This document shows, one piece after another, positions 57,310-64,000 of a stretch of 64,000 nt of DNA (position 1 is its first letter; the number at the start of each line of letters is the position of its first letter). The notes under the pieces were generated by a model that was not told the origin of the DNA, made no database searches, and was given only the letters and a program-made list of their open reading frames with translations. The DNA lies in assembly GCA_963674825.1 (NCBI GenBank), contig OY771587.1, positions 2,496,001 through 2,560,000 of the forward strand. Reading direction: 5' to 3'. This stretch comes from Candidatus Cloacimonadales bacterium (lineage in GTDB: Bacteria; Cloacimonadota; Cloacimonadia; Cloacimonadales; JAIOQZ01). The translations under genes and the position numbers were made by a program.

Positions 57310-58749
57310 ATGTTTATTGCACTATTGGCAATGATGTGCTTGAACCTGATCGCGGGTGACAATCTACCATCTCTTATTAAACGATTCGAGCGCGGAAAAT
57401 GGGGTTATCATGAGCTGAACGTCGATCTTGACGGGCAATATTCTCTGTCGAACCAGAATTCCAATTTTCCGGCTCTTGAAACGACTGATTCGGAAATCTA
57501 TGGCTATAAAAACGATTCATCGATCTACGAACGAGAGAGTTACGGATATGGCTTTGGATTTCGGTATGACAGAGAGCTTGAAAGTGAAGGCACTTGCTAC
57601 GATCTCATGCTCAATCCATCGTTCAGCTGGTCTCGAAATGAGCAAGAATATAGTCAGTACATCAACGATAGCGGTGATACGGAAGTGTACAACAATAGCT
57701 ATAACAGAGATTATTACCTGAGGGTAAGGCAGAGCCTTGCTAGTCAGCACTATGTCCGTGATGACTATTACGTCGCTATGAATACCTATATTGATGGATA
57801 TTTGAACGATGACAAAAAGAACGATGATTACTCCAATTCTAAGACCGAGACCAAAGACCTTGAGGCGTCGATTTCTGTTGGTTTTGGTCACGGGAGACTC
57901 CATGATGTGACCAACGTCGTTCGGGCGAAATGGATGGCGGATCGGCTGACTGATCTGCACAATATAAAGCTGACTGACGAACAGATTCTTCAATTGGCGC
58001 AATACCTCGACAGCAAGACAGCTTACGTCAACGCGCTCGATTTCTACAATAACGCCTACGAGACCACTTTCTGGCGCGATGTGATGGATGGCTTGGGGCT
58101 ACAGCTCAGCTACGATCAATTCCTGGATATGACACGTGAAGCACGTAGCGGAACGCTTATGAGGAGGTATCAGGGTTTACGTTATGAGCTCGATGGGTTC
58201 TACGAGTACGGATATTATCACTATGAGCGAACGTACAATTCAAGCTACGAGAGCAAGAAAAAGCTGATATCGGAGAGCCCTTGCTACGGCCTTAGTGGCT
58301 CGGTGAATTACTGGGACAATACCTCGACCCGCAGCCAGATAAACGTGACATTTCCTGTCAAATACTCTATATCGCATGTAAAAAATACCGATGAGGATAT
58401 TGATTATGATGAGCATGATAAGACTGAAGAGACGACTGACTTCACCGTTCTGTCGATAACGCCGGGCGCTTCGTACCTGTATCAGATTACCGATCGCCTT
58501 GCATGCGAGCTTCAGGCCAACATCGGCTACTATCTCTTCGATAAGGATGTTGACTACAGCTACCTCGACTATGAACTGGGAACGGAAGTCACAAACTATC
58601 TCAGCGATTCGATGTTGCTCGTTTTTGCCGCAAGATATACCCGTACCGATTACTTTGACGACGATGCTATCGAAGACGGCGGCAGGCAGTCGGATCGGCT
58701 TAGCTTTGGCCTGAATCTTGAGTGGCGTCCATACGCTTCGATGTTCTGA
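57310..58749 (+). CDS. Putative outer-membrane beta-barrel protein
   Basis: Tyr-rich alternating strands, C-terminal Phe; start ambiguous (see findings). Confidence 0.7.
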   Translation: MFIALLAMMCLNLIAGDNLPSLIKRFERGKWGYHELNVDLDGQYSLSNQNSNFPALETTDSEIYGYKNDSSIYERESYGYGFGFRYDRELESEGTCYDLMLNPSFSWSRNEQEYSQYINDSGDTEVYNNSYNRDYYLRVRQSLASQHYVRDDYYVAMNTYIDGYLNDDKKNDDYSNSKTETKDLEASISVGFGHGRLHDVTNVVRAKWMADRLTDLHNIKLTDEQILQLAQYLDSKTAYVNALDFYNNAYETTFWRDVMDGLGLQLSYDQFLDMTREARSGTLMRRYQGLRYELDGFYEYGYYHYERTYNSSYESKKKLISESPCYGLSGSVNYWDNTSTRSQINVTFPVKYSISHVKNTDEDIDYDEHDKTEETTDFTVLSITPGASYLYQITDRLACELQANIGYYLFDKDVDYSYLDYELGTEVTNYLSDSMLLVFAARYTRTDYFDDDAIEDGGRQSDRLSFGLNLEWRPYASMF

Positions 58750-58942
58750 TCGAGATATTTCTGCCCGCACGTCTCCTTATGTTGATATATGGAATAGCGA
58801 GATTTACATGATAGATCAAGAATAAGAGAGATGGAATGACTTGGGCACCGGCGCTCCGGAGCGCAGGCAGGATAAGGCATAAAAAAACTTGACGGGAAAG
58901 CTGCCCCGCCAGAAACTTAGAAAAAACAGTGTGGGAGAAAAC

Positions 58943-59392
58943 ATGATCCGTGACAGCCGTGGATTCAGCATCTACAAAGTTATCAGCATAATCTCTTTCC
59001 TGGCAATGATCTTCGTGCTTGCACTACCGCAATTCTTCGATCTTGAAGCGAAAGAAAAGTCAACGCAGTGCGTGAAGAACATGGAACAGATTTACTTCGC
59101 CGTTCAACGCTATATGATCGAGCGCAACCTTGAATTCAACGCCGATGGCAGTGAAGACACCGCCGATCTGAAGCGCATGGGCTACCTCGACGCTATCCTT
59201 GAATGCCCCGAGAAAGCCGCCGGCGATAAATATATCATCGAAGGCCTCTGGACAGAACAGGGCAAGAACATGGATCCCGAAACCAGAAAATTCTTACCCG
59301 AAGAGGAAAAGAAAAAACTGATCAAGATTATCGTACAATGCCCGTGGGAAAAGGAATATCCTAACCACGTACTTCCGGAGCAGTACCAGTAA
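58943..59392 (+). CDS. Prepilin/pseudopilin-like protein
   Basis: SRG|FSIYKVISIISFLAMIFVLALPQF; C..NM, CP motifs. Confidence 0.7.
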   Translation: MIRDSRGFSIYKVISIISFLAMIFVLALPQFFDLEAKEKSTQCVKNMEQIYFAVQRYMIERNLEFNADGSEDTADLKRMGYLDAILECPEKAAGDKYIIEGLWTEQGKNMDPETRKFLPEEEKKKLIKIIVQCPWEKEYPNHVLPEQYQ

Positions 59393-59411
59393 TCGAGTAT
59401 AAGAACGTTTT

Positions 59412-59442
59412 AAACCTTCAGGCTCCGCTTGAAGGTTTTTTT
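59412..59442 (+). terminator. Intrinsic terminator
   Basis: AAACCTTCAGGC-tcc-GCTTGAAGGTTTTTTT. Confidence 0.75.
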
Positions 59443-59465
59443 CTTATCCTCTACCACTGAAAAGG

Positions 59466-60758
59466 ATGAAAATGGACTATAAAACCTTCCTCGATACCAT
59501 ATATCAGCGCCATTCAAGCAACGTAAAGCTTGGATTGGAGCGGATGGAAGCCATTCTGGAACGGATGGATTCACCTCATAAAAAATTGTCCGGACTGCAC
59601 ATCGCAGGCACCAACGGCAAAGGCTCCGTGTCTGCCATGTGTGAAGCGATGGCACTCGAACATGGACAGACAACCGGCATGAACACCTCGCCGCACCTGA
59701 TTGATTACTGCGAACGTTTCCGTATCAATGGGCAGAACATCGACTACCAGAAGTTGCTGGAGATCTATTTCGAATGGCAGAAGGATTTTGACGAAACCGA
59801 AGCCTCCTTCTTCGAGATCAGCACCGCGATGGCATTCTATATCTTCCACCGCGAGCAGGTCGATACAGCTATTTTCGAGGTTGGACTTGGCGGAAGACTG
59901 GACGGCACTAACCCGTTCAAGAGCACCGTCAGTGTCATTACCGGTATCTCGATCGATCACCCCAAAAGCCTGGGTGATTCCATCGAATTGATCGCACGCG
60001 AAAAAGCAGGGATTATCAAGCCACGTACGCCGCTCATCATGGGACGCATGCCTGAGATCGCTACCGATGTGATACTCGAATCAGCCCTGATGAAGCAGGT
60101 CCCCGTCCTGCAATATGGCGTGGATTTCACAGCGGAGAACATCCATGTCGATCTCACCGGAACACGGTTCGATTATCAGTCTGGCTGGATGGGTGTTGAG
60201 ATAAATGATATCCGCGTTAACCTTTTAGGCGAGCACCAGGCGACCAATGCCGCCACCGCGATCACAGCGTTTATCAACTATATGAACCGGCGTGGACTGC
60301 CCTACGATCTAGAGAAAATTCGCAGCGCGCTAAACAAGGTCAACTGGATGGGTCGCATGCAGGTTCTTCGCACAGAACCGACTGTTATCATCGACGGTGC
60401 ACATAACGAAGAGGGTGTCAAAGCGTTGGTCGATAACGTGCGCAAGATGTTCCCGGAAAAGCGCTTGCTGTTTGTCGTCGCCATTCTGCGGGACAAGAAG
60501 CTCGACCGGATGATCGAGGACATTTGCACCATCGCGAGCAAGCTATTTATCGCGAAGAATCAATCCGATCGCGCGGCCGATATCGAAGAGCAGGCGGATG
60601 TTGCACGTCAGACCAAGACACCGTTCGAAGTCGCTGATGGCGTGATGAAAGCGGTTGGAATGGCGATGAGTGAGGCGAGTAAAGATGACATTGTGATCGT
60701 TACCGGATCGCTTTATACCATTGCGGAAGTGCTGGCAAAGCAGGAGGAGCTGTCGTGA
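59466..60758 (+). CDS. folC: Folylpolyglutamate synthase/dihydrofolate synthase
   Basis: HIAGTNGKGS, TSPHL, EVGLGGRLD.TN, DGAHN, TGSLY. Confidence 0.96.
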   Translation: MKMDYKTFLDTIYQRHSSNVKLGLERMEAILERMDSPHKKLSGLHIAGTNGKGSVSAMCEAMALEHGQTTGMNTSPHLIDYCERFRINGQNIDYQKLLEIYFEWQKDFDETEASFFEISTAMAFYIFHREQVDTAIFEVGLGGRLDGTNPFKSTVSVITGISIDHPKSLGDSIELIAREKAGIIKPRTPLIMGRMPEIATDVILESALMKQVPVLQYGVDFTAENIHVDLTGTRFDYQSGWMGVEINDIRVNLLGEHQATNAATAITAFINYMNRRGLPYDLEKIRSALNKVNWMGRMQVLRTEPTVIIDGAHNEEGVKALVDNVRKMFPEKRLLFVVAILRDKKLDRMIEDICTIASKLFIAKNQSDRAADIEEQADVARQTKTPFEVADGVMKAVGMAMSEASKDDIVIVTGSLYTIAEVLAKQEELS

Positions 60759-61405
60759 GTATCAGGGCATTCCTCTTCGATCTGGACGGCACGCTTCTCA
60801 ATACTCTTGCCGATATTGCTGAAAGCCTGAACACCGCGCTTGAGGATATCGGGTTGCAACCGCATCCTGTAGAAGCGTACCGGAATTTCGTGGGCGATGG
60901 TGCATTCGAGCTGGTTCGGAAAGCCGTTCCGCCAGCATATCAGGATGATGAAACAGTTGAACAGCTACTGGACAGCTTCCGCGAAAATTACGCAGAGAAC
61001 TGGAGCCACCAGACTTCGATCTATGCAGGTATAAAGGAACTACTTGAGGAACTGCGCGAGCAAGGCATACAGACCTGTGTTCTATCCAATAAACCCGATG
61101 ATTTCACCCGGGTCATGGTCGAGTATTTCTTCGGAGATCATCCATTCGATTACGTCATGGGGCACAAGGCGGATTTCCCGCCTAAGCCGGATCCCGAAAG
61201 CACGCTCTATATGCTCGAAATGATGGGTATCGAGCGTGAAGAAGCCGCGTATGTGGGCGATATGCACATCGATATGAATACAGCGCTAAATGCCGGAATT
61301 ATGCCCATTGGTGTCAGCTGGGGGTTTCAGGATGTCGATGAACTGCGAGATGCCGGTGCGGAACTGATTATATACGATCCGGAAGAGCTTCTCGATCTGA
61401 TTTAA
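60755..61405 (+). CDS. HAD-family phosphatase (phosphoglycolate phosphatase-like)
   Basis: FDLDGTL, SNK, KPDP, VGD...D. Confidence 0.92.
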   Translation: MSIRAFLFDLDGTLLNTLADIAESLNTALEDIGLQPHPVEAYRNFVGDGAFELVRKAVPPAYQDDETVEQLLDSFRENYAENWSHQTSIYAGIKELLEELREQGIQTCVLSNKPDDFTRVMVEYFFGDHPFDYVMGHKADFPPKPDPESTLYMLEMMGIEREEAAYVGDMHIDMNTALNAGIMPIGVSWGFQDVDELRDAGAELIIYDPEELLDLI

Positions 61406-62163
61406 TTGTCTGCCCGGAACAATACGACGGTAATGTTGTCTTTGCCCCCGGCCTCGTTTGCCGACTGGACAAGCGTCGAAGCAGCCATGTCGAGGTCGGA
61501 CGAGTGCTTGACGATTGTCTTGATCTCTCGATCGCTCAAAAGGTCAGTAAGGCCATCACTGCAAAGCAGATAGGTAGCCTTGCGGCGCAGCATGGTCGTC
61601 TGGCTGAAGATGCTCAACTTGTAGTCGATCCCGACAGCGCTGGTCACCAGGTGATTCAGCGGATGACTACGCATCTCGTCTTTGCTGATGATACCCTTCT
61701 CATAGAGCTCCCACACTTCTGAGTGATCTTTGCTAAGCTGGAAGATCTGTTCTTCGCGGCACTCGTAGATTCGGCTGTCGCCCACCGAGAGAATATGCAA
61801 ATTCTGCCCATCAACCAAAGCGGCGATAAATGTCGTTCCCATGCTGTAATATTCTGGATTCTTGTAGGCGTAATCGCGGATGCGCTGGTTGATGTTGTCG
61901 ATATTGATTCGCATGACCTCGAGTGGCGTTCTGGGCATCTTGTTCATGGAGTACCATTCCATTGCAAACCACTGCGTAGCGAGTTTACTCGCCACTTCAC
62001 CTGCGCGATAGCCTCCGAGGCCATCCGCCACAATGAAAAGCTCACCAAGCTTCTTCGTATTGTGCGCAGGTAGTCCGGTAACAGAGGTGTTGTCCGGCAG
62101 GAAGAGGAAATCCTCGTTGTGCCCACGCATCATGCCCCGGTCGGTCAGTCCGAAATAATCCAC
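61402..62163 (-). CDS. PP2C-family Ser/Thr phosphatase (Stp1/PrpC-like)
   Basis: R..NED, VADGLGG, MGTT, GDSR, LLCSDGL, GGKDNIT. Confidence 0.93.
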   Translation of the reverse strand: MDYFGLTDRGMMRGHNEDFLFLPDNTSVTGLPAHNTKKLGELFIVADGLGGYRAGEVASKLATQWFAMEWYSMNKMPRTPLEVMRINIDNINQRIRDYAYKNPEYYSMGTTFIAALVDGQNLHILSVGDSRIYECREEQIFQLSKDHSEVWELYEKGIISKDEMRSHPLNHLVTSAVGIDYKLSIFSQTTMLRRKATYLLCSDGLTDLLSDREIKTIVKHSSDLDMAASTLVQSANEAGGKDNITVVLFRADN

Positions 62164-62164
62164 A

Positions 62165-63628
62165 TTATCTTCCTTCGGCTCGTTCGAGCTTCAATCGAAT
62201 CAGGTTTCCGATCTCTGAGAACAGTACATCTCGAGACGCCAGATTGGCAATGAAAAAATAAAGGACTACAGCGCCAGATGCTATTCCGATACCGATCCAT
62301 CGGCTCTGGTAATAGCTGAAAACCATCGCTGCGGCAAGCATCGCGATCAGAATGAGAATGAAACCAGTCTTGCGCAGGAGCATTGTCATATCTAGGCGCA
62401 CCATACGGAAGATGATACCGAGAAACAGGATATGCGTGAATGCTTTGGCGACCACGAATCCAGCAATCGAGTAGTAGAATCCGAAGTGTGAGCCAATGAA
62501 TAGCCCAGCACTGGTCAGGATCAACGACAGGATCCGCCAGAAAAGCTCAATCTGCGGTTTTCGGAATACCAGCGGGATGGAGCTCAGCGGATTCATCAAC
62601 AGTGTGGTGAGTGCGCTCAATCCCATGATAATCATCAACCCGGAGGTCTTCGTCCATTCGCCACCCAATGCCATTGGAACCAGCTTCGAAGCCAGCAGGA
62701 TGTAAAACAGCACCAGCGGCCACAGCGTGGAGAGGGTGAAGAACAGAAAGCGCTGGATGTTGCGCTGCATATCGGCCTGGTTCATACGTGCGAAAGAGGG
62801 GAAGAACACTTGCAGTGCCGATTCGGTCATGAGTGTGACTGGCAGCGAGACGACGTTCCAGGCGAGGAAATAGATACCGGTGTATTCGATACCGTGCTCT
62901 GGGAAGGCGATCCCCAGCAGGAAGATCGGTCCGATCCCCACGAAAGCGCCCATAAGGTGCATGGCAGTGGTGGTTGTTAGAAACCCAGCATTTTGCTTGA
63001 AGCGATCGACTTTCTCGTGAGCGGAGGTTCGTAACAGCGCATTTGCGACTTTCGACGGGAACTTGCTGCCTTTGCTGAACAGTACCAGCAGCATCTCCAG
63101 GATATCGCCGCAGAAAAAAGCGATCAGCACAATCCATATACTGTGACGGTAGAAGAGGAACAAGACTGTCGCGAGACAGTACAGAAGCACGTTTGCCGTC
63201 TCGAATAAGGAGGTTTCCTTGAATCGAAATTCTTTTTTCAAGCTGACTTTCAGAACCTGTCTGAGGACGTACACCATCAGGATTGGGAAGGTGTACAAAA
63301 TCAGGCTTTTAAGCTCCGGAGTCTTGTACAGTCCTGCGATAGGGCCTGCCAGAATAGGAAGCAAAATGGTCAGCGCCAGGCCGAGTATCAGTGGTAGCGA
63401 TATGAAGAGCGGAAACGCTTTAACAGGCTCTTTCTCGACGATATAGAACGCGTCCAGGCTGAATACTGCAAGCGTAGTCAACAGCGTTATCAGACGCGTG
63501 TAGGTTCCGAACAAGCCCAACGCCTCGCTGTCTATCATCCGTGCGATATAGAGGAACAGTACGATGACCAGCGCTCGTTTCAGAACGGTGGCCGAGAAAG
63601 TCCAGCGGACGTTGCGCAAGGTGCTCAT
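62165..63628 (-). CDS. Wzx-like oligosaccharide flippase
   Basis: Many TM helices, MOP-superfamily pattern. Confidence 0.75.
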   Translation of the reverse strand: MSTLRNVRWTFSATVLKRALVIVLFLYIARMIDSEALGLFGTYTRLITLLTTLAVFSLDAFYIVEKEPVKAFPLFISLPLILGLALTILLPILAGPIAGLYKTPELKSLILYTFPILMVYVLRQVLKVSLKKEFRFKETSLFETANVLLYCLATVLFLFYRHSIWIVLIAFFCGDILEMLLVLFSKGSKFPSKVANALLRTSAHEKVDRFKQNAGFLTTTTAMHLMGAFVGIGPIFLLGIAFPEHGIEYTGIYFLAWNVVSLPVTLMTESALQVFFPSFARMNQADMQRNIQRFLFFTLSTLWPLVLFYILLASKLVPMALGGEWTKTSGLMIIMGLSALTTLLMNPLSSIPLVFRKPQIELFWRILSLILTSAGLFIGSHFGFYYSIAGFVVAKAFTHILFLGIIFRMVRLDMTMLLRKTGFILILIAMLAAAMVFSYYQSRWIGIGIASGAVVLYFFIANLASRDVLFSEIGNLIRLKLERAEGR

Positions 63629-64000
63629 GTCTGGTCGATTCCCAGCATTGCCGGAAGAAATGCGCAGCACATGATGCCATTGGGCGACATCTGCGAAATC
63701 TGCTGCTTACGCATCCATTTGAGATGATCGGCAGCCATCTTGCAGTGGGTGTTTCGGAGTACTGACTCGCATTCCTTCAGCTTTGGGAACTGCTTATCGA
63801 CGCGCGTCTTCATGAACTTGGTGAAGTTTACGGTTGCGAAGTAGCTCGTTGGCTCCCGCCATGCAAATTCCGACGGCAGCAACCACTTGCGCATGCGGTT
63901 GTGAGGGTCGGCCTGACGACGCGCGATCATGCGGTTCGATTTGACATGACCGGTTATCGAAGCCCCGCAGTTCTCCAGCATTCTCCCATTGACCGGGATC
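63625..64000 (-). CDS. Hypothetical protein (partial, starts beyond the window)
   Basis: Open frame to the window end; ATGA overlap with the flippase. Confidence 0.5.
   Translation of the reverse strand, partial: IPVNGRMLENCGASITGHVKSNRMIARRQADPHNRMRKWLLPSEFAWREPTSYFATVNFTKFMKTRVDKQFPKLKECESVLRNTHCKMAADHLKWMRKQQISQMSPNGIMCCAFLPAMLGIDQT

Noticed and set aside
58851..58864. Perfect palindrome GCGCTCCGGAGCGC
   Set aside because: Single short GC palindrome with no second copy or supporting context

Overview
Bacterial chromosomal window, probably from an FCB-group anaerobe such as Cloacimonadota. This is inferred from T9SS/FlgD-type C-terminal domains (NPFNPxT...YNxRGxKV) and MGQQQ pilin-like genes. 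Most of the window is host DNA: tsaE, tRNA-Arg(CCG), amt, pstS, an ssnA/xanthine dehydrogenase/allantoinase-like purine operon, an ABC-M1 peptidase exporter, DUF362 Fe-S paralogs, large secreted proteins, folC, a HAD hydrolase, a PP2C phosphatase and a flippase. The main finding is an intact ~10.4 kb virion operon at 10186-20619. It encodes a scaffold, a BPP-1/epsilon15-like major capsid and cement protein, an adaptor, a tail terminator, a tail tube, a -1 frameshifted tail chaperone, a short tape measure, tail tip/adhesins, a 58-aa peptide and an M15 lysin. It starts at a near-consensus sigma70 promoter directly in front of the scaffold gene. No portal, terminase, integrase, repressor, replication gene or att repeat is visible, so it is a candidate domesticated GTA-like particle system. 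A ~177-nt rod-shaped structured element lies immediately upstream. Other notable items are tandem pilin-like genes with full sigma54/IHF/UAS architecture, a wHTH regulator fused to a catalytically dead M29 peptidase with two candidate operators, a TPR-DHp protein without a kinase domain, and REP-like hairpin arrays. All family calls come from motif recognition by eye, not database searches.
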